DNA of 64,000 bases from an uncultured candidatus Porisulfidus sp. (GTDB lineage: Bacteria; Pseudomonadota; Gammaproteobacteria; Poriferisulfidales; Poriferisulfidaceae), in contig OZ244883.1 in assembly GCA_965221375.1 (NCBI GenBank), forward strand, positions 1,107,893-1,171,892. Direction: 5' to 3'. A program made the position numbers and the translations under genes. Under the pieces are notes generated by a model. The model saw nothing but the letters and a program-made list of their open reading frames with translations, was not told the DNA's origin and did not search any database. Positions 47,769-57,546 of this stretch are shown one piece after another (positions within the stretch are counted from its first letter, which is position 1; each line of letters opens with the position of its first letter).

Positions 47769-47851
47769 TTTTCCTGCAGATTCGGTCAATTCAACCGAGG
47801 TGCATAGATTACCGCATATTTTCAGCTTTGCCTAATGGCACTCAAAGGGTC

Positions 47852-48649
47852 TTATGCAAATGAAGGACGACGACGGTGGTAGTGTTTTACATCCCGAAAG
47901 TTCCCGCTTTCGGATCCCAAGTACAGCTCTTTCACATCTGCGCGGTCCAACAAATCCTTGGCATCGCCGCGCAACATGACGCGCCCATTTTCCACCACAT
48001 ACCCTTCGGTGGCATAGCGCAGGGCAATCATGGCATTCTGCTCGGCAACCAGGAAACTGACGCCCTCTTTTTTGTTGAGGTTGTTGACAATTTCAAATAC
48101 CTCTTCGACCAACTGGGGCGCGATTCCCATTGAAGGCTCATCAAGCAAAATCAACTGCGGCCGCGACATCAATGCGCGACCGATTGCGATCATCTGCTGT
48201 TCCCCGCCCGAAGTGAAACCGGCCTGGCTTTTGCGTCGTACTTTAATGCGCGGGAAATATTCGTAAATCAGTTCCAAGTCTTTTTTTGCTTCCGAACGAT
48301 TCTGGCGGATGAACGAGCCGGACAGCAGGTTCTCTTCAACTGTCAAGTGCGCAAAGCAGTGACGACCTTCCAACACCTGCACCATGCCGCCTTTCACCAA
48401 ATCGTAAGCGCTCATGCCGGCAATATCTCTGCCCATGAATTCAATGGAGCCCTTGCTGACTTGCCCGCGCTCAGCAGGCAACAGGTTGGAGCACGCCTTG
48501 AGGGTGGTCGTTTTGCCGGCGCCATTGGCGCCCAACAGAGAAACGATACTACCCTTTTTCATTTGCAGACTGATTCCACGCAACGCCAAAATGACGCGGT
48601 TGTAGGTCACTTCAATGTTATTGATGGAAAGCAGCAAATCGTCGCTCAT
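47852..48649 (-). CDS. HAAT-family ABC transporter ATP-binding protein (LivF-like)
   Basis: 265 aa; Walker A GANGAGKTT, signature SGGEQQMIAIGRAL, Walker B LILLDEPS; last gene of the operon. Confidence 0.85.
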   Translation of the reverse strand: MSDDLLLSINNIEVTYNRVILALRGISLQMKKGSIVSLLGANGAGKTTTLKACSNLLPAERGQVSKGSIEFMGRDIAGMSAYDLVKGGMVQVLEGRHCFAHLTVEENLLSGSFIRQNRSEAKKDLELIYEYFPRIKVRRKSQAGFTSGGEQQMIAIGRALMSRPQLILLDEPSMGIAPQLVEEVFEIVNNLNKKEGVSFLVAEQNAMIALRYATEGYVVENGRVMLRGDAKDLLDRADVKELYLGSESGNFRDVKHYHRRRPSFA

Positions 48650-48827
48650 GGGGTTCCTTTTTGTATGAGTGATATTTGGAAAATCAGGAGTCTGAGGCGA
48701 AGCAGGTCATGCTTGGCGTCAGAGACATTGGTTCGATATAAAGTTGTCTTGTTCGGTAGAAAAAGATGCGGCGGGAGGTTGGACCTTCCCGCCGCTCTTT
48801 TCAGCTTTTCAGCTTAAACGCATTTGA

Positions 48828-50183
48828 TCAGACATCAAAGTTGTCTCGATCTCCCTCGTCGTTGCAGTCACGCGGAGTGATCTCCTCATCGTTGATGGCG
48901 CGTTCCGCCTTCGCATCGATGAGAGACTGCGACAGTTCAACGTCGCCGTCAATCCAGTCGGTCACAACCCGCCACTGGGTAGCGGAGTAGTCCCACTGAA
49001 TGAACTTGGCCTGGTGGCCGCCCACGTGGTCCATGCAGTTGGTCTTGATTTCCGGAACCAGACCATTTGCACCCAACTCAGTCAGGCGCGCGGTGTCCAG
49101 GTTCAGGTTCTCAAAGCCCCAACGCACTTGCGCGGAGTTGACGTCTGCACCAAAACGAGCCTGCGCCACGCGAACCGCCTCAAGGTGGATCACGCCAGCC
49201 ATCACGCCCAGATTCCAGTAGTTGGAACCAATACGCGATTTGTCCTGCAGGTCGCCCTTGCCGGCGCCATACACTTTGCTGTCGATTTCATCAATGAGCG
49301 GTGCCACACGACCCGTCGGGTGGGTGGTGATGGCCTGATAACCATTGGCAGAAGAGCCAGCCGGTTTCACGTCACCATCGTCATTGCTCCAGATGTTACC
49401 GATCAGGTTGTTGATGTCGAAGCCCATGCGCACACCGGTCTGCATTGCCACCGGGTTCATGACACCCCAGCCGCGCAGCAGCACGTAGTCAGGCTTCATG
49501 CGGCGAATTTTCAGCCACTGTGAAGTCTGCTCGTTACCCGGATGCGGTACTTCGATAGCGTGGTGTTCGCAACCATGCTTCTCGCACAGCATGTCCATGA
49601 AGTCAATAGCTTCACGACCATACGGCGAACCGTGGTACAGCATTGCCACTTTCATGCCGGCCAACTTGTCCATGCCGCCTTCCAACTGACCAATGTAGGC
49701 CATCATGATGGAATGCTCGTCATAGGTGTTGATGCCAGGCATGAAGTAGTACGGGAACACGTCCCCGCGCTGACCTTCGGTACGACCATGGTTGACTGCG
49801 ATGATTGCGATCTTGTCCTTGCGGCCCTGAGAAATCAGAGCGGACGAGATACCAACAGACAGCGGATCGAAGAACAGAGCTTGTTTGCCCTGATATTCTT
49901 TCATCCGGTGATAGCACTCAACGCCTTTTTGTTGGTTGTATTCCGTTTCGCACTCATTCCAGATGATTGTCTTACCGCCAATACCGCCCTGCGTCATGTT
50001 GATCAGGGTGTAGTAGTCGATAATACCGCCAAAATAGCCGCTACCGCCAGTTGCGTAGGGACCAATCCGGTAGACCGGCATCGGGATATAGACTTCTCCC
50101 TCAGCGGCCACGGGCCCCGTCGCAGACATGGCAACCGCCATCGCAACGCCTGTTACCCAAAGTTTAGTTTTCATAGTTTTCAT
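48828..50183 (-). CDS. periplasmic substrate-binding protein, type-I PBP of HAAT (LivK/amide/urea-like) family
   Basis: 451 aa; N-terminal signal peptide (MKTKLWVTGVAMAVAMSATGPVAA), PBP type-1 pattern. Larger than canonical LivK; substrate unknown. Confidence 0.7.
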   Translation of the reverse strand: MKTMKTKLWVTGVAMAVAMSATGPVAAEGEVYIPMPVYRIGPYATGGSGYFGGIIDYYTLINMTQGGIGGKTIIWNECETEYNQQKGVECYHRMKEYQGKQALFFDPLSVGISSALISQGRKDKIAIIAVNHGRTEGQRGDVFPYYFMPGINTYDEHSIMMAYIGQLEGGMDKLAGMKVAMLYHGSPYGREAIDFMDMLCEKHGCEHHAIEVPHPGNEQTSQWLKIRRMKPDYVLLRGWGVMNPVAMQTGVRMGFDINNLIGNIWSNDDGDVKPAGSSANGYQAITTHPTGRVAPLIDEIDSKVYGAGKGDLQDKSRIGSNYWNLGVMAGVIHLEAVRVAQARFGADVNSAQVRWGFENLNLDTARLTELGANGLVPEIKTNCMDHVGGHQAKFIQWDYSATQWRVVTDWIDGDVELSQSLIDAKAERAINDEEITPRDCNDEGDRDNFDV

Positions 50184-50330
50184 GCCCTCCTATAAGAGGC
50201 TTTTAATTTAGACTTGCAGTTAACTGCTTTATCAGCAAGTCCCTTTTACACCCAAAATCGGTTTTTGGCAAGAACCCAAACGCCGATTTTGTGAGTCTTT
50301 TGCTTCAGCCATTGAAGAATAACTGAAAAA

Positions 50331-51425
50331 TCAATGCGGAAACGGCCATGTCCGCAGCTTCTGTTTAATATTCAGCCACAGGGCCGCCAAACCGCCCGGC
50401 TCCCGAATCAACAACGTAATGATCAAAATTCCGTACAGGATTTTGGCCACGTTCTGCACCACGGCAGTGTCGAAAGCGCCGGCGAAAACGTAGTCGCCGA
50501 GCCACGAGAAGAAGATCGGAAATTCATAGACCAGTATGGTCCCGTAGAACGAACCGGCAATAGAGCCCAGCCCGCCGATGATTACCATAAAGAGAACCGT
50601 GAAGGAACGGTCCATTTCAAAGGTTCGAATACTGAGACTGTTCAGGTACGCATAGCAGAACAGTGCGCCCCCCACGCCGCAGTAGAAACAGCTGACGAAA
50701 AACGCCAGCATTTTAGTACGCACGACTCGAATCCCAATCACACTGGCGGCAATGTCCATGTCGCGCACGGCCATGAAGTTGCGTCCCGTTGCACTGCGCA
50801 TTAAATTCTTGGCAAACCAAGTCAGCATCACCACCATGACCAGCGACAGCAAATATTTGGCCTCGTAACTGGCCATGTCGACCCCAAAGGTATCCCCGAT
50901 GTAGAAGTAGTCATACATCCGGTCCGGGAAGACCACGTAGGCGGTCGCATAATTCATGAAGTACGGATAGGAGCGGAAGAACCACAACGCAAAATACTGC
51001 GCCGCAAGGGTCGACACCAACAGATAAAACCCTTTAATACGAATGCTCGGCAAGCCGAAAATAACGCCCATGATTCCGGAGACCACCCCACCCAACAGCA
51101 TGGCCACCGGCCAACTGATGAACGTATCCGGAATTCGCAACAGGAAGTTGTACGTTGCAAAGGCGCCAAAACACATGAAACCCGCCGTGCCCAATGACAA
51201 CTGGCCCGTCATGCCGGTCAGCAGATTGAGCCCCAAGGCCGCACAGCCATAGGCGAGAATCGGAATCAGGTGGGCCGCCAGCCAATAATCGGTCGCGATA
51301 AAGGGAACGACGAATGCCATAAACGCCAGAAAAACCGCAATCGCCCATTTGTCGAACGGGATCGAAAAGATACCGCGGTCGTCCAAATAATTGGTGCTGT
51401 AGGTGCCGGTTTCGCGGTAAAACAT
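50331..51425 (-). CDS. HAAT-family ABC transporter permease (LivM-like)
   Basis: 364 aa polytopic membrane protein with LivM-like pattern (GYAGQLSLG-like GMTGQLSLGTAGFM). Confidence 0.8.
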   Translation of the reverse strand: MFYRETGTYSTNYLDDRGIFSIPFDKWAIAVFLAFMAFVVPFIATDYWLAAHLIPILAYGCAALGLNLLTGMTGQLSLGTAGFMCFGAFATYNFLLRIPDTFISWPVAMLLGGVVSGIMGVIFGLPSIRIKGFYLLVSTLAAQYFALWFFRSYPYFMNYATAYVVFPDRMYDYFYIGDTFGVDMASYEAKYLLSLVMVVMLTWFAKNLMRSATGRNFMAVRDMDIAASVIGIRVVRTKMLAFFVSCFYCGVGGALFCYAYLNSLSIRTFEMDRSFTVLFMVIIGGLGSIAGSFYGTILVYEFPIFFSWLGDYVFAGAFDTAVVQNVAKILYGILIITLLIREPGGLAALWLNIKQKLRTWPFPH

Positions 51426-51427
51426 GT

Positions 51428-52369
51428 TCAGACCCTCTCAATATGCTTCAGACCAAATATCCCGGAGGGTCGGAATAACAAAAAGATCAAGGCAATGAAA
51501 TAGGAGAACCAGATCTCAATCCCCTGCTCACCAATCAGGTCGCCAATGTAAATTTCGCCAAGTTTCTCGCCGACGCCAATAATCAAGCCACCCACAATAG
51601 CGCCGGGGATGGAGGTCAGACCACCGATCAAAATCACCGGTAACGCTTTCATCACCGCCTCAACCAACGTGAAGGAGACACTGACACGCTCCGCCCATAG
51701 CAGTCCGGCGATCAAGGCAATGATGCCGGTCACCGCCCACACCAGCGCCCATACTCGGGACAACGGAATCCCCACCGCCATCGCCGCCAAGTGATCATCG
51801 GAAACAGCGCGCAACGACATGCCGGTCGCGGTCTTTTGGAAGAAAACCGCCAACACCAGAATCATTGTGCCGGCAACGATAGAGGCAAAAATATCAAATT
51901 TTGAAATCAGGATATCCAGCCAACTGATGTAATCCGACACGAAAATGGTCATGTTGACCGGGTCCAACAGGGCCAGATCAAGAAAATCCGCCAACTGCAG
52001 GCCATGGATGGCAGAATCCCAAACATACTGCGACATTCCTTCGATCAGGGTTGCCAAGCCGACTGTCGCCATAAATAACGACAGCAGGGACTGGTTGGCC
52101 AGCGGGCGCATCATAAAGCGCTCCACCAGCATGCCCAAGACCACCATGGTCGCCATCGTGACCAGCAGGGCCACCCAGAAGTTGACTCCTCCCTCCGTCA
52201 TCTTGACGAAGGTCAAAGCCGCAAACAACAGCAACGTGCCCTGGGCAAAATTGAAGATGCCGGAAGATTTATAAATAAGCACGAAGCCGATCGCAACCAG
52301 CGAATACATCACGCCGGACAGCAATCCGCCGACGATGACCTCAATAAAAAAGACCCAGTCAAATCCCAT
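51428..52369 (-). CDS. HAAT-family ABC transporter permease (LivH-like)
   Basis: 313 aa; LivH-like N-terminus (GLLSGVMYSLVAIGFVLIYKSSGIFNFAQG). Confidence 0.8.
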   Translation of the reverse strand: MGFDWVFFIEVIVGGLLSGVMYSLVAIGFVLIYKSSGIFNFAQGTLLLFAALTFVKMTEGGVNFWVALLVTMATMVVLGMLVERFMMRPLANQSLLSLFMATVGLATLIEGMSQYVWDSAIHGLQLADFLDLALLDPVNMTIFVSDYISWLDILISKFDIFASIVAGTMILVLAVFFQKTATGMSLRAVSDDHLAAMAVGIPLSRVWALVWAVTGIIALIAGLLWAERVSVSFTLVEAVMKALPVILIGGLTSIPGAIVGGLIIGVGEKLGEIYIGDLIGEQGIEIWFSYFIALIFLLFRPSGIFGLKHIERV

Positions 52370-52380
52370 GATGTCCCCGC

Positions 52381-53163
52381 CTAGTGGCTTACACCCAGGT
52401 AAGCGTCAATCACCTTCTGATTGCTTTTCACTTCTGCTGGCGTGCCATCCCCAATCTTCTCGCCGTAGTCGAGCACAACGACATGGTCGGAAATGTCCAT
52501 CACCACACTCATGTCATGCTCAATCAGCACGATTGTGGTTCCAAACTCGCGGTTGACCTCCAGAGCAAAGCAAGCCATGTCTCTTTTCTCTTCCAGATTC
52601 ATACCTGTCATGGGCTCATCCTGAAGCAGCATCACCGGCTCCGAAGCGAGGGCTCGCGCCAACTCCACACGTTTCTGCAGTCCATAGGGAAGTTTGCTCA
52701 CCGGCGTTTTACGAATTTCCTGCAGATGCAGGAATTCAATAATTTCTTCGACGGCCTGACGATTTTCAATTTCTTCGCGTCGCGCCCGTCCGATGTTCAA
52801 GCCTTGCTCAACCCAGGTCGACTTGATCTTCAAATTGCGACCGGTCATGATATTTTCCAGCACGGTCATCCCCTGGAACAAGGCAATGTTTTGGAAGGTA
52901 CGGGCCATTCCCATTTCAGCAATTTTTCGAGGGCGTTTGCGCGTGCATTCCACCCCTTGAAAAATAACCCGCCCTTTTTGCGGCACATACACGCAGTTGA
53001 TCACATTCAGCATGGAACTTTTGCCAGCGCCGTTCGGGCCGATCACTGCACAAATCTCGCCCTTTCTGACATTGAAGCTGATGTCATCCAAGGCCGTCAC
53101 ACCACCGAACGCCAGGGTGATGTTATGAATTTCCAGAATCTGCTCGTGCTCAGCCATGTTCAA
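52381..53163 (-). CDS. HAAT-family ABC transporter ATP-binding protein (LivG-like)
   Basis: 260 aa; Walker A GPNGAGKSS, signature, Walker B MLLQDEP; 4-nt overlap with the upstream acyl-CoA synthetase gene. Confidence 0.85.
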   Translation of the reverse strand: MNMAEHEQILEIHNITLAFGGVTALDDISFNVRKGEICAVIGPNGAGKSSMLNVINCVYVPQKGRVIFQGVECTRKRPRKIAEMGMARTFQNIALFQGMTVLENIMTGRNLKIKSTWVEQGLNIGRARREEIENRQAVEEIIEFLHLQEIRKTPVSKLPYGLQKRVELARALASEPVMLLQDEPMTGMNLEEKRDMACFALEVNREFGTTIVLIEHDMSVVMDISDHVVVLDYGEKIGDGTPAEVKSNQKVIDAYLGVSH

Positions 53164-55022
53164 ACGTTCTCCAATCGAATGGTGTACGAGCGATTGTCCA
53201 CCGCGTCTTCATAAGTGTACTCCGTCGCTTCACTATACAGGGCGTCGATGAGTTCTCTTTGTTGCTCGGCAATCGTCGCCCAGCGCAGTTTGCGTGACAT
53301 GGAGATTTCTCCGGTACGCTCCCGGAATTCCCGATTGAGAATCGCAAAGCGACGCACCTGCATCCCCCGGGTCTGTTCATCTTCCGCCAACAACGCATTG
53401 ACTTCGTGCATTTGTGCACGAATCAGATCCTGCACTTCGGCATGCGCCGTCAAATCCGCATATCCGGTATAGCGCAGGTTGCGTCGGTCTGCCCATGTCT
53501 GCGTGATGACACCATCCACGGAAATAATCGCCGCTACTGAGTCGCGGCTGTCTCCGAAAGCAATCGCATACTTGATAAAGGGCGAAGAACGCAGTTTGCT
53601 TTCCACCACTTCCGGTTGAAACGCACTCCCGTTGGTCAAGGCGCCTCGCCGGTGAATTTTGCCCTGCACATGGAGGCGGCCTTCGGCATCGATATGACCC
53701 ACATCAGAGGTGCGGACCCAACCATCCTCGGTCACCCGTCGAGCCGTCTCTTCCGGATTCTTGTAAATGCCTTTCATGCGCCCGGCGCTTCGAAACCAAA
53801 TCTCACTGTTCTCATCCACCCGCAATTCCGTATTAGGCAGAGGTTGACCCACCGATTCGGAATTCCAGTCTTCTCCCATCTGCACGGTCAGACAGGCATT
53901 GCTTTCGGTCAATCCGTAGGTTTCACGCAAATCGATGCCAATCGCCCGGAAAAAATGAAAAACGGTCGGTGCAATCACCTGACTGCCGCACAAGGCCAAG
54001 CGAATGTTGCTCAAGCCGTAGACATTGCGAAACGGATTGAAGGTCGTGATGCGAGCCAAACCGGCCAATAGTCGCACCAGGAACGGGGCCGGTTTGTCGT
54101 CAATGTGATAACGGACCTCGTTCATCACCGCCTGATACGCCCACTTGTAGATTTGGGTATCCACAGCCTCTGCGCTCTCAATTCGATTGGAAGCGTGCGT
54201 GAAAATGTACTTGTATACATAGGCCGGCCCATACATCACGGTCGGCCCAATTTCCTGCATGTTCTCCAGCACGGTCTCTTCACTTTCCGGACAGTTCATG
54301 CAGCAGCCGGAGGTCATCGTCAACGCATAAGCAAAAGTCAAATCCCCAACTGAAGAAAGGGGCAAATAGGCCATCACATTATCTTTGGGGGTAATGGATT
54401 TGCACTCTACGATGCCGCGAGCGGTTGCGATCAGGCCTTCTTGTGAAAGTTCCACCAGGCAGGAGTTCGGGCTGGATCCCGACGTCGACACAATCGCTGC
54501 ACATTGATCGGCCTGGAGTTGGGTTTGTAAATCTTGAAGATAGTCTGTTGAAGGTTCGATGCCTTCCAAAATGGTATCCAGCAAGACCATTTCGGAATGT
54601 TGATAACCGTCCATGCCTCGGGGGTTGCTGTAATAAATCTCACGCACACGCCCTTGACCACATTCCAGCAAGGCATCAACATGTTGCTGTTCTACCGACA
54701 TCACGAGCTCGACATCCGCACCTTCCACCAAAGTCTTCAAATCGATTCCATAAGTGCTGGTACTGATCGGCACCACCACGGCCCCCAAACTGTGGGCGGC
54801 CAAATAAGTTACGTACATGTCATCACGGTTCGGTCCGAAGACGCCGAGATGAGTCCCGGAGCCCACACCGCGTCGACTCAAGGCCTGCGCCATTACCGAA
54901 ACTCGGTCGCGCAACTGCGCCCATGTCAACTCCACCCATATCCCCAAACGCTTGGAACGTATCGCAGGCGCTTGCGGTTGACGGTCCGCCTGCTCCAACA
55001 ATAAAGAAAGAAACGTATCCAT
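53160..55022 (-). CDS. AMP-forming acyl-CoA synthetase / long-chain-fatty-acid-CoA ligase-like (first gene of the ABC operon)
   Basis: 620 aa; adenylate-forming enzyme pattern (Ser/Thr/Gly-rich P-loop-like IVSTSGSSPNS, ETYGLTES, VRTSDVGHIDAEGRLHVQGKIHRRG). Confidence 0.75.
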   Translation of the reverse strand: MDTFLSLLLEQADRQPQAPAIRSKRLGIWVELTWAQLRDRVSVMAQALSRRGVGSGTHLGVFGPNRDDMYVTYLAAHSLGAVVVPISTSTYGIDLKTLVEGADVELVMSVEQQHVDALLECGQGRVREIYYSNPRGMDGYQHSEMVLLDTILEGIEPSTDYLQDLQTQLQADQCAAIVSTSGSSPNSCLVELSQEGLIATARGIVECKSITPKDNVMAYLPLSSVGDLTFAYALTMTSGCCMNCPESEETVLENMQEIGPTVMYGPAYVYKYIFTHASNRIESAEAVDTQIYKWAYQAVMNEVRYHIDDKPAPFLVRLLAGLARITTFNPFRNVYGLSNIRLALCGSQVIAPTVFHFFRAIGIDLRETYGLTESNACLTVQMGEDWNSESVGQPLPNTELRVDENSEIWFRSAGRMKGIYKNPEETARRVTEDGWVRTSDVGHIDAEGRLHVQGKIHRRGALTNGSAFQPEVVESKLRSSPFIKYAIAFGDSRDSVAAIISVDGVITQTWADRRNLRYTGYADLTAHAEVQDLIRAQMHEVNALLAEDEQTRGMQVRRFAILNREFRERTGEISMSRKLRWATIAEQQRELIDALYSEATEYTYEDAVDNRSYTIRLENV

Positions 55023-55131
55023 GAATTGCGTGGTGGTGACCCTTAGTTAAGCAAAACCCGTCCTCGTTGCTACCGGCATTTGCCTAAAGGACTAATGGGG
55101 GCGCATTATACCCCAAAGTGGAGTGATGGCA

Positions 55132-55593
55132 TCAACGTCGCGCTTGAAAGAAATTTTGTAAGCGGGCTGCGCAGAGCTCCGCGCAAACACCCGAGACGAC
55201 CTCAAATTGGTGATTGAGAAATCCCAGCGTCCGGGCGTCAAACGCGCCCCCCAGGCAGCCGGCTTTCGGATCCACAGCGCCGAATACCAAGCGTGCCACC
55301 CGAGCCTGCACCGCGGCACCGACACACATCAGGCACGGCTCCAGCGTGACATACAAAGTCGCACCTGTTAAACGATAATTGCCGACACGGGCGCCCGCAT
55401 CACGCAAGGCCACAATTTCGGCATGTGCGGTTGCATCCGCATCCTGAATACTCCGGTTGTAGCCTGTCCCAATAATCGCATCGTCGTGCACCAGCACCGC
55501 CCCCACCGGCACCTCTCCCTCGGCAGCCGCTTGGTCCGCCAGTGCCAATGCCTTGTGCATCCATAGCTCATCGTTGGTTTGTGTAGATGTCAT
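55132..55593 (-). CDS. tadA: tRNA-specific adenosine deaminase
   Basis: 153 aa; HAEIVAL and PCLMCVGA zinc-ligand motifs. Confidence 0.9.
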   Translation of the reverse strand: MTSTQTNDELWMHKALALADQAAAEGEVPVGAVLVHDDAIIGTGYNRSIQDADATAHAEIVALRDAGARVGNYRLTGATLYVTLEPCLMCVGAAVQARVARLVFGAVDPKAGCLGGAFDARTLGFLNHQFEVVSGVCAELCAARLQNFFQARR

Positions 55594-55660
55594 ACCCGCT
55601 GGATTTTAAACGACTCCAAAAAAATAATTTAACGGGATGGGTTTTGTGCAGGTCTAGCAT

Positions 55661-56920
55661 TTAAGCAAGAGAAAGCGCCTCTCTGAGGTCATCATGCTCG
55701 AAGGCCGAGGCCATACGATCAATCTCTGCTTTTGCAAGACCCATCCGCATTGCCTCTTCACGCCAAGTTGCCACGGCCTGCCCCACTTCGGCGGCAATAG
55801 TTCGTGCCTTATTTTCATCCAGTTCAAAGTAACCAGTCACACTCCTCGCCAGGCCGAGCGAGGCCGAGGTGTTATCGAGATCAATAGCCGTCGTCAGAAT
55901 TCGCGGCTTGATGTCTGTAGGTGTCGGATTGAGATCATAAGCTGGAGCCAATCGCCAACCGCCCGCATCGGCATGAAGAAAAGCATGATTGCGTAAATGG
56001 TCATCGGTATTGGAAATCAGAATATTGAAAACGATACGTCGCCAAAGATTATGCATATCCTGTTTTGGGCTTGCGCCATAGCGGCGCAACGCATCAACAA
56101 ATTCCAGATAACTGCGCGATTCATTATCGCTGGCCCCCAACATGCTCATGGCAGAAAGAAAGGGGATGCGCTGATCTTGCATCCGATCGAAGCGACGCAA
56201 TAGCAGTACCGGCTTGTTCGCGACAGGCTCAATGCGCCAATCCGGTATCGGGATGCCGGCTTTTGCCGCAAGCCGAAGCGCGACCGCCTCCCACAAGACC
56301 ACATTATTCTCATCGTCTTTATGCGGAAACTTGACAATCGCCAGATGCCCATCCCGATCACGAACGGATGCTTTGGGACGCGTCCCGCCCAATGACGAAC
56401 CGGGCGCCAACAACAGTCGCAGATCCTCGTCGCTGTCCGTATCACCCGCAACATGCTCCGCTGCCGAAAGTAATCGCGGCAAATCAATCAGAGGTGGGAT
56501 GCAAGCACCTTCATATTCAGCAAGAAATGGACCCTCCTCCCGTCTGGAGAAGCGCAAAGCGCCCAGGCGGGCTTCATCATCGACCATGAGCAGGTAGTCA
56601 ATCTCCATCAAGGTCCGCGGCGTCTCGCCCGCGCGTTCTGCTCGGCGCCGTTCTGCCCGACGCATCAGAACCCGTCCCCAACGGTCCGGAGCTGAGTCAC
56701 CTATGGCGCCATAGAGGGGTCTACCTGGAGGTGTATGGAAAGGACCCGCGCCAAGCATGAGAGCCGGCTCCAGTGAGAAATGCTCGGCATCCTCAATCCA
56801 ACTTGAATCATATTCGAAGGTGGAGCTTTCTTTGCTCTTGCGTACATGGGCCCACAGTCTCCCGACCAAATGCGGCGCGCCCGCAATATCCATGTAGACA
56901 AGCACTTCTGTTTCCATCAC
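55661..56920 (-). CDS. hipA: HipA-family serine/threonine kinase toxin (long, three-domain form)
   Basis: 419 aa; N-terminal HipA coupling domain, catalytic motif ISNTDDHLRNHAF, AYDLNP; 4-nt overlap with the upstream hipB. Confidence 0.88.
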   Translation of the reverse strand: MMETEVLVYMDIAGAPHLVGRLWAHVRKSKESSTFEYDSSWIEDAEHFSLEPALMLGAGPFHTPPGRPLYGAIGDSAPDRWGRVLMRRAERRRAERAGETPRTLMEIDYLLMVDDEARLGALRFSRREEGPFLAEYEGACIPPLIDLPRLLSAAEHVAGDTDSDEDLRLLLAPGSSLGGTRPKASVRDRDGHLAIVKFPHKDDENNVVLWEAVALRLAAKAGIPIPDWRIEPVANKPVLLLRRFDRMQDQRIPFLSAMSMLGASDNESRSYLEFVDALRRYGASPKQDMHNLWRRIVFNILISNTDDHLRNHAFLHADAGGWRLAPAYDLNPTPTDIKPRILTTAIDLDNTSASLGLARSVTGYFELDENKARTIAAEVGQAVATWREEAMRMGLAKAEIDRMASAFEHDDLREALSLA

Positions 56921-57288
56921 GCCTTGTCCTTGTTGCGATCATCGGGGCGGGTGGAGCTGAATTTGCTCCGGCGCGATCTGCGAATGCGCTGCGGTAAACG
57001 CTGTTCTTCGAGCCCAAGACCCACTGCGTCCGTTGTAACGTCCGCCAATTCACCCAATCGCTCCGCCATTCCCAAAACAAAGAGCACATTGGCGTAGTTC
57101 CCAAGAGAAACGCCCGGGTCTCCCTTTTCGATTTTGTTCAGGGTCGTCCGGCTGATAGAAGCCCTTTCCGCCATGATGGCGGTAGGAATGCGCCGCCTGA
57201 GTCGGGCATCTCGAATATCCTGGCCGAGCTTACGCAGAGCCCGCCGGACCGGAATCGGCAACATCAAATCCAGTTGCGTTTCTCTCAT
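56917..57288 (-). CDS. hipB: HipB-like XRE-family HTH antitoxin
   Basis: 123 aa; HTH IPTAIMAERASISRTTLNKIEKG, basic C-terminal tail. Confidence 0.75.
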   Translation of the reverse strand: MRETQLDLMLPIPVRRALRKLGQDIRDARLRRRIPTAIMAERASISRTTLNKIEKGDPGVSLGNYANVLFVLGMAERLGELADVTTDAVGLGLEEQRLPQRIRRSRRSKFSSTRPDDRNKDKA

Positions 57289-57309
57289 TTTTCGTCCATT
57301 TTTATAATC

Positions 57310-57326
57310 ACAATATATATTATTGT
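57310..57326. promoter_or_regulatory. inverted repeat ACAATA-TATAT-TATTGT upstream of hipB (candidate operator)
   Basis: Read directly in the AT-rich hipB 5' region, 22 nt from the hipB start. Confidence 0.4.
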
Positions 57327-57387
57327 ATATAATAATGGACGATATGTATATCTATTTCCTGCCCTTTCCAACTCTAAATATAACTTT

Positions 57388-57407
57388 ACGTCTATTATAT
57401 TAGACGT
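57388..57407. promoter_or_regulatory. inverted repeat ACGTCTA-N6-TAGACGT upstream of hipB (candidate operator)
   Basis: Read directly; 7-bp perfect arms, 100 nt upstream of hipB. Confidence 0.4.
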
Positions 57408-57546
57408 AATATGATTTTATACCTAGAATAATGCCTTGCGCATCCACAACTCATCGCGGGTCTGTAGGGTGTCCTCAAAACCTTTCGTCAATGCCATCCT
57501 GTCATCTCTTGTCGCTTCCGAGCGAACATCATGAGACGTGGACATA

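Noticed and set aside
52384-53214. 276-aa + strand ORF antisense to the LivG-like gene, and 62469..63299 (276 aa) antisense to bioB, 24252..25208 (318 aa) antisense to orf5/orf7, 13067..14035 (322 aa) antisense to hom and the aminotransferase, 31084..31713 antisense to purL
   Set aside because: Each overlaps a strongly supported gene on the opposite strand and has His/Arg/low-complexity composition. No independent support.
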